64,000 nt of DNA, taken from positions 27,158,001-27,222,000 of the forward strand of contig NC_086109.1 of NCBI RefSeq assembly GCF_963921235.1. The letters are read 5' to 3'. The notes below the pieces were generated by a model. The model worked only from the letters and a program-made list of their open reading frames with translations. It ran no database searches and was not told where the DNA came from. Of the stretch, positions 36,047 to 49,496 are shown piece by piece. The position numbers and the translations under genes were made by a program. Origin of the DNA: Mobula hypostoma. Its lineage: Eukaryota. The stretch's first letter is position 1. Every line of letters begins with the position of its first letter.

Positions 36047-39000
36047 TCATAGAAACATAGAAAACCTACAGCACAATACAGGTCCTGCGGCCCACAAAAC
36101 TGTGCCGAACATGTCCTTACCTTAGAACTACCTAGGCTTACCCATAGCCCTCTATTTTTCTAAGCTCCATGTATCCACCCAGGAGTCTCTTAAAAGACCT
36201 TATCATTTCCACCTCCACCACTGTCACCGACAGGCCATTCCTCGCACTTACCACTCAAACATACCCCTGACATCCCCTCTGTACCTACTTCTAAGCACCT
36301 TAAAACTATGCCCTCTCATGCTAGCCATTTCAGCCCTGGGGAAAAACTTCTGACTATCCACACGATCAATGCCTCTCATTATCTTGTACACCTCTATCAG
36401 GTCACCTCTCATCCTCTGTTGCTCCAAGGAGAAAAGGCTGAGTTCACTCAACCTATTCTCATAAGGCATGCTCCCCAATCCAGGCAACATTCTTGTAAAT
36501 CTCCTCTGCACCCTTTCTATGGTTTCCATGTCCTTCCTGTAGTGAGGTGATCAGAATTGAGCACAGTACTCCAAGTGGGGTCTGACCAGGGTCGTATATA
36601 GCTGCAACATTACCTCTCGGCTCTTAAACTCAATCCCACGATTGATGAAGGCCAGTGCTCCGTATGCCTTCTTAACCACAGATTCAACCTGCGTAGCAGC
36701 TTTGAGTGTCCTATGGACTCGGACCACAAGATCCCTCTGATCCTCCACACTGCCAAGAGTCTTGCCATTAATACTATATTCTGCCATCATATTTGACCTA
36801 CCAAAATGAACCACCTCACACTTATCTGGGTTGAACTCCATCTGCCACTTCTCAGCCCAGTTTTGCATCCTATTAATGTCCCGCTGTAACCTCTGACTGC
36901 CCTCTGCACCATCCACAACACCCCCAACCTTTGTGTCATCAGCATATTTACTAACCCATCCATCCACTTCCTCATCTAGGTCATTTATAAAAATCACAAA
37001 GAGTAGGGGTCACAGAACAGATCCCTGAGGCACACCACTGGTCACCAGCCTCCATGCAGAATATGACCCATCTACAACCACTCTCTGACTTCCGTGAGCA
37101 AGCCAGTTCTGGATCCACAAAGCAATGTCCCCTTGGATCCCATGCCTCCTTACTTTCTCAATAAGCTTTACATGGGGTACCTTATCAAAAACTTTGCTAA
37201 AATCCATATACACTATGTCTACTGTTCTACCCTCATCAATGTGTTTAGTCACATTCTCAAAAAATTCAATCAGGCTCGTTAGGCACGGCCTGCCTTTGAC
37301 AAAGCCATGCTGACTATTCCTAATCATATTATGCCTTTCCAAATGTTCTTAAATCCTGCCTGTCAGGATCTTCTCCATCAACTTACCAACCATTGAAGTA
37401 AGACTCAGTGGTCTATAATTTCCTGGGTTATCCCTACTCCCTTTCTTGAACAATGGGACAACATCCACAACCCTCCAATCCTCTGGAACCTCTCCCATCC
37501 TCATTGATGATGCAAAGATCATTACCAGAGACTCAGCAATCTCCTCCTTTGCTCCCCACAGTAGCCTGGGGTACATCCCATCCGGTCTCAGTGACTTATC
37601 CAACTTGATGCTTTCCAAAACCTCCAGAACATCCTCTTCCTTAATATCTACATGTTCAAGCTTTTCAGTCTGCTGCAAGTCATCCCTACAATTGCCAAGA
37701 TCCTTTTCCGTAGTGAATACTGAAGCAAAGTATTCATTAAGTACCTCTGCCATCTCCTCCGGTTCCATACACAATTTTCCACTGTCACACTTGATGGGTC
37801 TTATTCTCTCACGTCTTATCCTCTTGCTCTTCACATATTTGTAGAATGACTTGGGGTTTTGAGTTAATGGGGTACTCGAGGAATATAAAGAATGTAAAAA
37901 GAACCTTAAGAAAGAAATTAGAAAAGCTAAAAGAGGATACGAGGCTGCTTTGGCAAGTAAGGTGAAAATAAATCCAAAGGGTTTCTACGGTTATGTTAGT
38001 GGCAAAAGGATAGTGAGAGATAAAATTGGTCCCTTGGAGAATCAGAGTGGATGGCTATGTGCGGAGCCAAAAGAGATGGGGGAGATTTTGAACAATTTCT
38101 TTTCTTCGGTATTCACTAAGGAGAAGGATATTCAATTGTGTAAGGTAAAGGAAACAAGTAGGGTAGTTATGGAAAGTATGACAATTAAAGAAGAGGAAGT
38201 ACTGACACTTCTAAGGAATATAAAAGTGGATAAGTCTCCGGGTCCGGACAAGATATTCCCTAGGACTTTGAGGGAAGTTAGTGTAGAAATAACAGGGGCT
38301 CTGACAGAAATATTTCAAATGTCATTAGAAACGGGAATGGTGCCGGAGGACTGGCGTATTGCTCATGTGGCTCCATTGTTTAAAAAGGGTTCTAAGAGTA
38401 AACCTGGCAATTATCGGCCTGTGAGTTTGACGTCAATGGTGGGTAAATTGATGGAAAGTATTCTTAGAGATGGTATATATAATTTTCCGGATAGACAGGG
38501 TCTGATTAGGAACAGTCAGCATGGATTTGTGCGTGGAAGGTCATGTTTGACAAATCTTATTGAATTTTTTGATGAGGTTACTAAGAAAGTTGACGAGGGT
38601 AAAACAGTGGCTATTGTCTATATGGACTTCAGTAATGCCTTTGACAAAGTTCCACACGGAAGGTTAGTTAAGAAGGTTCAATCGTTAGGCATTAATATGG
38701 AAGTAGTAAAATGGGTTCAGCAGTGGTTAGGTGGGAAACACCAGAGAGTAGTGGTGGATAACTGTGTGTCAGATTGGAGGATGGTATGTAGCGGTGTGCC
38801 TCAAGGATCTGTACTGGGTCCAATGTGGTTTGCAATATATTTTAATGATCTGGATGATGGGGTGGTAAATTGGATTAGTAAGTATGCAGATGATACTAAG
38901 ATAGGTGGTGTTGTGGATGATGAGGTAGGTTTTCAAAACATGCAGAGAGATTTAGGACCGTTAGAAGAGTGGGCGGAAAGATGGCAGATGGAGTTTAATG

Positions 39001-39942
39001 CTGAAAAATGTGAGGTGCTACATTTTGGTAGAACTAATCAAAATAGGACATACATGGTAAACGGTAGGGCATTAAAGAATGCTTTAGAACAGAGGGATCT
39101 AGGAATAATGGTGCATAGTTCCCTGAAGATGGAATCTCATGTGGATAGGGTGGTGAAGAAAGCTTTTGGTTTGCTGACTTTTATTAAGCAGAGCATCGAG
39201 TATAGGAGTTGGGATGTAATGTTGAATTTGTATAAGGCATTGGTAAGGCCAAACCGGGAGTATTGTGTATAGTTCTGGTCACCAAATTATAGGAAAGATA
39301 TCAATAAAATTGAAAGAGTACAGAGGAGGTTTACTAAAATGTTGCCTGGGTTTCATCTCCTAAGTTACAGAGAAAGGTTGAACAAGCTAGGTCTTTATTC
39401 TTTGGAGCGTAGAAGGTTGAGGGGAGACTTAATAGAGGTGTTTAAAATTATGAGGGGGATTGACAGAGTTGACGCAGTTAGACTTTTTCCATTGAAAGTG
39501 GGGAAGATTCAAACAAGAGGGAATGGGTTGAGAATTAGAGGTCAAAAGTTTAGGGATAATATGAGGGGGAACTGCTTTACTCAGAGAGTGGTGGCTGTGT
39601 GGAACGAGCTTCCAGCAGAAGTGGTTGAGGCAGGTTCTATGTTGTCGTTTAAAGTTAAATTGGATAGATATATGGACAGGAAAGGTATGGAGGGCTATGG
39701 GCTGAGTGCAGGTCGGTGGGAATAGGATAGGGTAAGAGTTCGGCACGGACTAGAAGGGCCGAGATGGCCTGTTTCCGTGCTGTAATTGTTATATGGTTGT
39801 ATGGTTATATGGTTTTCCTTAATTCTGTCTGCCAAGGCCTTCTCATGGCCCCTTCTGGCTCTCCTAATTTCTTCCTTCAGCTCCTTCCTGCTAGCCCTAT
39901 AATCTTCTAGATCCCTATCATTATCTAGTTTTTTGAACCTTT
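36047..39942 (-). mobile_element. CR1 (RT region to 3' tail), minus strand, interrupted by a plus-strand CR1
   Basis: ORFs 37349-37834, 37010-37342, 36551-36997 (KYADDTKVGG), 36248-36529; tail catagaaacatagaaaa at ~36047; resumes at 39817. Confidence 0.9.
37861..39810 (+). mobile_element. 5'-truncated CR1 with largely intact RT
   Basis: 440-aa ORF 37950-39272 (NYRPVSLTS, YMDFSNAFDKVPH, SGVPQGSVLGP, YADD); tail (ATATGGTT)n; TSD GGTTTT (37855-37860 and 39811-39816). Confidence 0.93.
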
Positions 39943-39984
39943 AATAACCTTCACCCGAAGGACAGTAAAATTGCAAATGTCACT

Positions 39985-40445
39985 CGACTTAAGGGGTTAA
40001 CATATGAGGAGTACTTGATGGCTCTTGACCTATACGCACTAGTGTTTAAAAAAATAAGGGGTGGGGGAGGAAATAATCTCATTGATACCTACCAAATATT
40101 GTAAGTCCTAGATAGAGTGGGCGTGAAGAGAACACTTCCAATAGTGGGGGAGTCTAGGACCAGAGGATGCAGCCTCAAAATACAAGGGCATCCCTTTAGA
40201 ACAGAGATGAGGAGGAATTTGTTTACCCAGATGGTGGAATTCATTGCTACAGATGATTGTGGAGGCCAAGTCACTGCGCATACTTAAAATAGAGGTTGAT
40301 AGGTAAGGGGAGTGGGGTCAAAGGTTATAAGAAGATGGCAGGGGAATAGGGTTGAGAAGCATAATAAATCACCCATAATGGATTGGTAGAGCAGACCTAA
40401 TGGGCCAGATAACCTAATTTTGCTCCTATGTCTTGTGGTCTTACG
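39985..40445 (+). mobile_element. CR1 3' fragment
   Basis: ggggttaacatatgaggag...gagtctaggaccagagg...tgctcctatgtcttgtggtctta. Confidence 0.8.
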
Positions 40446-41302
40446 ATCTAAGACCAACAATTCAAATTCATATCTCTCCATGACAGACAAGGACTTTAAA
40501 TTCAAACAATGAGGTGGAAATTAAGCTGAACAAAAAAACTTTAATAATGTTAACAATTGGCATGTGGAATTAAAATCTTGTCATTAGGGGAAAGAAAATG
40601 CCATTTTTACCTTGTCCGGCTTATGTGTGACTCCAGACCCCACCAGTGTGGTTGACTCTTTTCAATGGCCTTACAAGCAGTAGGTTCAAGGGCAATTATG
40701 GTTGGGCAATTAAAGTTGATAAATATCAATAATTTGAAAGCTCAGGGGAGGTTATTGAATCTTTCAAGATAGTTTGCATATACCTGGTAATGTTAACAAG
40801 TTGTTAATAAGCTATTAGATACACATAGGAAGTTCCTGTCCCTAAGAATATCATTAAAAGACAATTCTAAGAGTTGCTTTGTTTTAAAAGCTAAGTGTTG
40901 CATAAATCAGTACTGTCCTATATTTACGACAAAGCAACACTAAACCTCTGATTGGGGAAGTTTAATCCATTCATAATAAATGCTTATATGAACTTTTCTT
41001 TTAACTCAGAGGTTATCCAATTTATTTATTTTACTGCCCATTTATCTTATCAACCATTGCCAAGATCAAAGTTCTTTTCATCGTCTTTCTATTTTTTGTA
41101 AAGTAGCAAGGATCAATAACCTGTTTAGAATTTTAAAAATGACTACAGATAGAAAGCAGTGATTAAAACTAAATTATGCATTGAAATTTATTGTCGTGAA
41201 TGTGAAGGAACTTAAACAGTAGAGAAAGTATCAGTTCTGTGCCACTATGAATCTGAATAAATAGTCACAAGCTATCTTAAAAAAGATAAATTTAGAACCT
41301 CG

Positions 41303-41592
41303 CAAACACGAGGAAATCTGCAGATGCTGGAATTTCAAGCAACACACATAAAAGTTGCTGGTGAATGCAGCAGGCCGGGCAGCATCTCTAGGAAGAGGTA
41401 CAGTCGACGTTTCGGGCCGAGACCCTTTGTCAGCACTAACTGAAAGAAGAGCTAGTGAGAGATTTGAAAGTGGGAGGGGGAGGGATGGAGCCAAGAGCTG
41501 GACAGTTGATTGGCAAAAGGGATATGAGAGGATCATAGGACGGGAGGCCTAGGGAGAAAGAAAGGGGGAGGGGGGAAGCCCAGAGGATGGGC
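41303..41592 (-). mobile_element. Penelope pLTR fragment with a mutated hammerhead core
   Basis: Minus strand reads ctgacaa-agggtctcggccc-gaaacgtc-gactg at ~41433-41401. Confidence 0.8.
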
Positions 41593-41929
41593 GAGTCGGC
41601 AACAAGTTCACCTGCAACTTTTAAATTTATAACCTATTATGAATCAGATGTTGAACTGGAGTGCAGCAGTTAGAGTTCATGCATTAACAACCAATAATTC
41701 ACTGAGAAGCACACATATATCGACAAGCTTTACAACTATACTCAATATTTTCAAAGCTTAAATATGTATTGTTGCTCTTTCTTTGAGGAATATGTCAAAA
41801 GGCTTGGATATCAAGGCTCTTAATAGATTTGTGCTCCTTGTATATTTTGGCAGACAAAAGCCTAAGCAACATCCATGAAATGCGTACAACTAGTTTAGGA
41901 AAATAAAATACATGAGGGTACCACATTGA

Positions 41930-42960
41930 AGATAACTGGCAAAAATAAAAGCTTATGTTGGAGGAGCTAACTTGGTAGTAAACTGAGAGTAAGCATACAT
42001 GTGTCCTTATCTGGTTACCAGGGTGTAACAGGTAGATGTAACAGGTATCAGTGCTGGCAACTCAGCCTTTGCAAGCTATATTAGATGAAGATACAAAGAT
42101 AGATACAAAAGTTAGCTGAGAAGCATACTATCGAAATGTTGAGAGATTGCAGAACTCTGAGATGTAGAGGGATCTGGTGTTTTATCTCAAGACCCATAAT
42201 TAATTAATTTATAGATACAATATATTATAGTTAATAGATCACCATTGTTTCTTGGTAAAGGAACTAAATACAGAAATAGTAAGGCTTCTTTTATATTGGA
42301 CATTGGTGAGGTCACATTTGGAGTATTGTGCATAGCATTGATCTTTTTGTCTTATGAAAATAATGTTAATAGTGTCGCAGCAGAAAGATCAGTGAAGGTT
42401 TATGGAACAAATATCTGGAAGGGTTAATGTCATATGTGGAAATGTTTTGCATCCACAGGAGTGTAGAAGTGTTAGAGGGGACTTGATTGAATCATATATG
42501 ATCTGAGAGGTCTTGACAGGGTGCATTTTGAAAGAAAAAAATGTTTCATCTTGTGGAATAATCTAGGACTATGAGTCATTGTTTAAAAGTAAGTGGCTGC
42601 CCATTTAGGACACAAAGAAGCAAAACATTTTCTCTCACAATCAAGAGATTTTGAATTGTATTTCTCTAAGGGTGAATGTTTTAAAGACAGAAGTGAATAG
42701 ATTCTTAATTAACAAAGAAATTAAAGATTGCAGGTGAGTAGATGGGACTGTAGAGTCCAAGATACAATCTGATCACCAAAAATTTTAAAAAATGGGATTG
42801 ATGAATTAGTGCGAATGGTTGGCTGATGATCAGCATGGACTCAGAGAGGTGAAAGGTTTGTTTCTGTGCTGTATCACTCTATGAACCCTATCAATGATCT
42901 TGTGAAGTAGAAAAGCATTCTCGAAGGCAGAATGGTCTACGGCTGCTGCTAATCCATATG
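41930..42960 (+). mobile_element. Old degenerate CR1 fragment
   Basis: cattggtgaggtcacatttggagtattgtg, gggacttgattgaa...gacaggg, ctgcccatttaggaca. Confidence 0.6.
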
Positions 42961-45580
42961 TCTGTACTTTTCAAGTCGATTGACCATAAGCCGCCTTCTC
43001 CCCGTAACATTTGATGTTCTTACTAATCAAGAACCTATCAATCTCTGCTTTAAATATAACCATTGACTTGGTCTGCACAGCCAAATTACATAGAATGTAA
43101 TGTAACAGGTCATTCAACCATCTTCTCCCTGCTGGTGTTTCTGCTCTCCCCACCATTACCACTTCCTTCCATTCCTCTCTTCCTCGACCTGTTTCTGTGT
43201 GGTTCACCTCTCATTTTCAGACCAGTCGGGAGGGTGGGCGAGCAATGGCCAGACATGCAGGTGCTTTGGGAGTCATTGTATTTAGTGCAGCTGGCTGTTG
43301 CACCGAGATCCGATGTGACAACATTTTATGTGTGGTGTGTGATTAGGTTTCAGAGGCATTGGAGTCAATTAAATAATAACTCGCAAAAGGAAGAGATAAA
43401 TACTTTAATGGAGGAAAAAGGCACAAGGAAATGTGGAAAGAAGAGTGAGTGGGACTATCCGGAGTTATCTCTGAGGAACTGACACACACCCGGTGATCTG
43501 CTTGGCCTCCGTTTTTGCCATATTGTTTTATGTATGTTTAAAAGGTAAATCACCCACTTACAGTAAGTTTGGCCACTTAACTGTACTAGTGACTTCCTCT
43601 AATAACTTCATAAGAAATTGATTTTCTGTAAACCATTTCTCACTGACACACAGAAAGCCAATTGCAACCTACCAATGGAGCATAATCTGTCATTTGCTTT
43701 CGACGCTAATTCCAGGAACTGAACACACGTTCTTTTCATCACAACAATGCAAACAAAAATCTCAGCATCCGACCCATTTTATGCTTCAGAGATAAGTTGA
43801 AAATTACCCCTGTTGTTTGCTGATAAAGTCTGATGTATTTTCACAGGGTTATGCTGTTATTTTCATGATAGAATGAAGCAATTTTAGATGGGCCTTTATA
43901 TGGGGATCAGTAACCGTTTGTAATTAAATTGGTAATCCCACTCAGAAATGGGATTTTAATTACAGATCTGATGTTATATGCAACTAATAACATAATGCTT
44001 GAAGCCTGTAATCTTGTTTGGGGTTATGTCCCAAAGTTGCCTAAGCAACCAGAAACTTTCACTTTGATGCTTTTTCATCCAATAAAATAAATATTTACAC
44101 TGGATTCTTTATAGCACAAGAGGCAGGTGTATTATATCTGCATCTTGGGTGTTGTTTCACAGTAAGTAATCTGTTCAGAATTTGTTATGATTTCCTATTC
44201 TGTCCACAGTTTGGATAACTGAGCAGTTCATACTGTCGAAACTTCTGCTTGTTTCACATAAAATTACAGCATTAAATCAAGGAAATACCAATTAGGAGAA
44301 ATAATGAATGGAAAGCATAAACAGAAGGGTAAACAATGCATGTTAGAGCAAGAGGAAATTAATAGCAATATATTGGACCACCACCAAAATATTCACATTG
44401 AAACAAACATCATTGACATTAGGCTCTGAAGGCAAAGTCCAATAGTGAACAGAGAGCCTTAGCAGAAGAACTAAATGAATACAGATGTACGCTTGCTAGC
44501 TACACTTATTATTTTATTTTGTATTCCTGCAAAATTGAATTGGTTATGAGTCTCAAAACAATGGTGATTGATTAAAATCAAAACCAATTTATATTCATAA
44601 AATCAAATTCACTTGCAATAAATAAAATGTCATCTGGAGGTAATTTACTTTTTCTATTGATGCAATTACAGTGGGACAGTTGATAATCATGAGTTATCCA
44701 AATAATTTAATCTGGCCTTTAAAATAAAGCTACTGATTTTGAGTTTGTGTAAACTTGGTGAAGTTAAAAGGAAATAATAATCAGAAATTAATGAAAAATA
44801 AGGTGTTGATTATTTTCATCTATTTTCAATAAAATTGTCTCCAGGTACTACATAAAGGTAAAAATACCCTTTCAGTTATTTCTTTGAGCCTTTTTCTTCC
44901 CCTCTAATATTTCCCATCATGGCTGTTGACCTGTCATATATTAGATAGTTAAAATACAATTTAGAATTAACTAATGTTAAGCAGGTCTCTTTTGTAAATA
45001 TAGGAAAATGCTAGAGGAAGTAAAGTAGTCTTGGGGAAGTGGTGAAGGTTGAAATAATTTCAACAATGTGAATAAAACAAGAATTGACAGGCAGCCAAAA
45101 CATTAATGATATAATTAAGTGAAAAAAAATAAAACTTCAGGGAGAGTTATGTATAACCACCTGGTACTATGTGTTAATTGCTAGAATACATAAATAAAGA
45201 GTTATTAACTTTGATTAAAGGTAATGGGGATTTTAACTTTTTTCTTGGCTGAGATGAGCAGACAAGTTTGTGCCAAAATGACACTGAAGTTCTTTAGCAG
45301 ATTCATAATAGGTTTTTACAACATCCCCTGAATCAACACAGATGGGCTATATTGGATTTAACAGTGAGCCACATTGTGGTAATAGTTAGTCGACACATTC
45401 CAGGCATCAGTGTCTGTGCACTACAACACAGAATTTAAGAATGTACTGGACACTATATGCCTGGTGCCTTTGAACAGGTCCCTCACCTGTATGCCAGTCC
45501 TAGCTTGTGGACCATACTAAATTGAATGGGGTTACCAATCTAAACTGAAATAAATATAGGTAAATGATTTGATTGCTTCT

Positions 45581-48500
45581 TGTGTTATTATGTGTGTACA
45601 CAATAAAGAACTTCAGTTCCCATGCGCAATGTGGGCGGTTCATCTGGAACCAGAGGTGACTTTGGTGAACTGGGAGCGCATGCTAAAGTGGGGAGCTAGA
45701 AGCAATGACCGTTTCCTGTTAATAAATGTGCTAGCGTTTAAACCCATGCGAAGTTTGTCTTTGTTAAAAGAACAAGCATAACATGGTGCTAGAAGTCAGC
45801 ATGAGGTCTAAATATGGTGTGTAAATAAATACCACAAGCGACTAAGAAAGAGACGTTGTTTCCGTCAGAGAGAAGCTGCTGCCCAGAGAGCATGTTGTGT
45901 CTTGAAGCTGCCAAAGTTTACCGGATTCAGCAACAGAGAAGCCCAAAAAATTCTGTAATGGATAACCTACATCCTCCCACAGCTATGCAGTTTACTGCAA
46001 TCTAGCTGATAACTGGAAACGCTTCAAACATTGATTCACTATATATTTAGTGATGAGCAGAGCCAACGGGGCAGATGAAAAGCTGAAATCATCTATCTTT
46101 CTGCATGCAATTGGCGAAGATGCTTTGGACATCTATGACAACTTTCAAGCTGATGAGGCAGCCTTGACATTGAATACTCTGATGACAGAATTTGAGGAGT
46201 ATTTTGTCCCAAGTATAAACATCATGTTTTAAAGGTATCAGTTCTTTACCTGTGAACAGAGAAACAAGGTGTCAGCTTTGACCAATACTTAGCTGAGCTT
46301 CATACACTGAGTAAGTCCTGGGAGTTTGGAGATTTGAGAGACTCACTAGTCAAAGACAAAATAGTTTGTGAATCCCAGATAATGGGCTAAGATAAAGCTT
46401 GTTCTGTGAAAAAGATTTGAAACTAGAAAAGAGTATCAATATGTATGGGGCAGCGGAGACCACACAAGCACAAGCTATGGAGCTGCACAGAACAGAAACA
46501 ACAGTACATGCTGTGAAAACAGAGGGGCAGGGCAGAAGGCATTTCCAAAAGCTACAGCATAGTAAAAAGGTAGGCTCAAACAGTAAATGCAGCAAGTGTG
46601 GAAGTAGGCACAATCCAACAATGTGTCCTGCTTATGGGAAATCCTGCAATAACTGTGGGAAGAAGAATCATTTTGAAAAGTGCTGTAAAGCTGGGGCTAC
46701 CAAGAAAAAGGAAAACACAGTTGCTGAGGAAATGGAGGCAGTCTTTGTAAATTTCCTGCAGACTACTGGTGCTGGTAAAACCAAATGGATTGTTCCAGTG
46801 ACTGAATGAGTCAGTAATTCCGTTCAAGCTTGACACTGGAGCCCAGGTGAATTTGTTGCCAATGGATGATGATAAGACTCTCAAAGCAAAGAACAAGATA
46901 TACCCAGTGAAGTTACAAGTGACAGGCTATACTGGAGAGAACGTTCCAGTGAAAGGGGGTTGTACACGAAGGGCAGCACCTAAAAGCACAGTTACTGATT
47001 GTAGATAAGAGATTACAGCCAATATGAGGCATATGAAAAGCTCAACCTGGTGGAAAGAGTGTCGGTAGTGCCTTCACAGACCAAAGGTGATCAGGCTACA
47101 CTCAACAAAGCGTACACAGATGGCTTTGAGGGTATGGATGCTTACCTGATGTAGCTTGAGAAACTCATTCCAGCATCCATGAGAGTTCCAGAGTTGTTAT
47201 GAAAGAGAAGCACAAAAACTCTGGCTTCCGTAGACATCCATATCAGCTACACCAGCTTGACAGTCAGGATGCCAGTGTTGAACAGAGTGATCATGATGAA
47301 GAAGTTGCCAGTCTTGCTTCTACATTACGCAGCTCTTGTTCAAAATCTGTCTCTCATCAAATTTCAGTTAAAAATTGGAAATCAAAAAAATCTCCATGAT
47401 CCTGTCGGAACTTGAGGAGGAAAAATAAAAAGGAAGATGGGGAGACCTCGGTCAGAACGACAGCAACAGTTCTATACAAGCCAACAGGAGGAATTGATAT
47501 CTCTGATACACAGTCAACGGAGAACCTCTGTGAATGGAGACAGAACCAGATGGAACTTGTGTAAAGACTTACTGACCACATGGATGTAGTTCAGAGCTTC
47601 GTTAGAAAATCTGCATGAAGGACACCTGGGTACAGCCAAGATGAAGAGTCTCGCTCGGAGCCAAGTGTGGTGGGTAGGAGTAGATAAACAGATTGAAGAC
47701 TTGGCCAAAAGCCAAAAGTTCAAAATGCACCCCCACAGGAACCACTACACCCGTGGCAGTGACCGCCACCACCATGGCAAAGAGTACATATTGACTTTGC
47801 TGGGCCTTTCATGGACTCCATGTTTCTGATTGCTGTGGATACTCATTCAAAGTGGCTGGAGGTTATACCTGTGAAGTCAACCACTTCAGCAAAGACTGTC
47901 TCCACCCTGAGGACTATCTTCACCAGAAATGGCTTACCAGAAAAAACTGTGCGTGACTACGGACCACAATACACGTCAGAAGAATTCTGACTGTTCCTGA
48001 AGAAAATGTCATCAGACATTTCAAGTCAGCTCTTCACCACCCAGCAATGAATGTCTTAGCTGAAAGGTTTATCTAAAGCTTTAAGAAGTCCATTAAGGCG
48101 ACGGACAAGGAGGATATTTCTCTACAGCACAAGGTGGACAACTTCCTTTTTGTGTATCAGAACTCTGTTCATGCCATGACAAATCAAACACCTGCAATGC
48201 TGTTCATGAGCAGGAATCTGAGATCTTGCCTAGACCTCCTGAAACCAGATCTATGGATGGGAAGTGCAAAATAATCAGTTCAGCCAGTTGCCAAGTAAAG
48301 CAGCAAGGAGCTTCGATATTGGCTAGGAAGTCCTAGCGCATGATTACTGAGAAGACAAGTCGACCCCTGGTAGGATAGGATCACTGATGCACACAATGGA
48401 TGTTGGGGATCAGACATGGAAATGTCATGTGGACCAGATACTGGATTCTCAACTGAAGAACACAACTGAGTCAACTGTATCCACCAAGACAAACACATTA

Positions 48501-49496
48501 CAGTCACCAGACTTACCTCTCAGTGATGATGTCATTGACAGTAATGTGACACCAGAAACTGAGAACGTTGTCTTAGACAAGACACCTAACAAACCTAATG
48601 CCACTCCACAGGCCCAGAGTTTCTATCCTGAAAGAAACAGAGCACCACCCAGAAGATTGAACCTTTAGAACTGTGAAGTTAGTTATGGACTGTCATTGTG
48701 AAAGCATGTTTATTTGGAATATGGGTTTACAGAAGGGAATTGAATGTTATGTACATATATAGTTTTACGTCGCATTGGTCTAAAGGGGGAGGAAGTGTAA
48801 TGTATGGATTTATTTCTTTTGGAACAATGACAACAATGACCACCCCCCCCCCCTTAGCACTATGTATCGATCTGTTATCTATGCATGTGCGTTGTTTTTC
48901 TCTCTCTCATGTTAACACACCAGTTAAAGCCAGCTCCTGTGTGTGTGACACAATAGGCTCCATTATGAGGCATGAAGAGTGAATTATGGTCACACAACAA
49001 GATCAAGAACAGAGACAAACATACTGGATCTTGGCAGAAGGACGTGATAGAAATGAGCACATAGGTCAGAATTCTCAAAAGGACACTGGTATTAATGCAG
49101 CAAGTGAAAGCAAAACGTCTGCAGAAGCAAATAGCAGTCCAAAAGGCATCATTAAACCATCACAGAGCCAGATTGAGAGTGGCTGAGTGAATAAGAGACT
49201 ATTTGCTTATTACAATTGAAATTAATGTAAATATCTTTGCTGGAAAGCATTATTGTGTCTTGCAGGCTTCTAATGACATACTATTTTGTTTGTTTTCTTT
49301 AAAAGTGGAAGATGTGTTGTTATATGTATACATAATAAAGAACTTCAGTTCCCAGTGTGCAAACCAGAGGTGACTTTGGTGAACTGGGAGGCCGCGCTCA
49401 AGTGTAGAGCTAGAAGCCATGATTGTTTCCTGTTTATAAATGTGTTAGCATTTCAAACGATGCAAAGTCTGTATTTGCTAAATAACAGATATAACC
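45581..49496 (+). mobile_element. Old Gypsy LTR retrotransposon (short ~200-bp LTRs 45581-45783 and 49313-49496), pseudogenised and chimeric
   Basis: Diverged LTR pair; PBS TGGTGCTAGAAGT at 45784 (tRNA-Leu-like); Gag NLADNWKRFK...FLHAIGEDALDIY; CSKCGSRH..CPAYGKSCNNCGKKNHFEKCC; protease FKLDTGAQVNLL (~46820); PPT aaaagtggaaga. Confidence 0.85.
47150..48955 (+). mobile_element. 3' part of a second Gypsy (integrase, PPT, LTR) nested inside the first
   Basis: LHEGHLGTAKMKSLARSQVWW, WQRVHIDFAGPF..FLIAVDTHSKW, DYGPQYTSEEF, end RNRAPPRRLNL*; its own PPT AAAGGGGGAGGAAG (48782-48795) and a TG-starting LTR unrelated to the flanking LTRs. Confidence 0.7.

Noticed and set aside
41400..41440. Active hammerhead in this Penelope fragment (also 12880, 28660, 53255)
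   Set aside because: Core bases are mutated or missing (CUGACAA instead of CUGANGA; GAAA or CUGA lost in the others).
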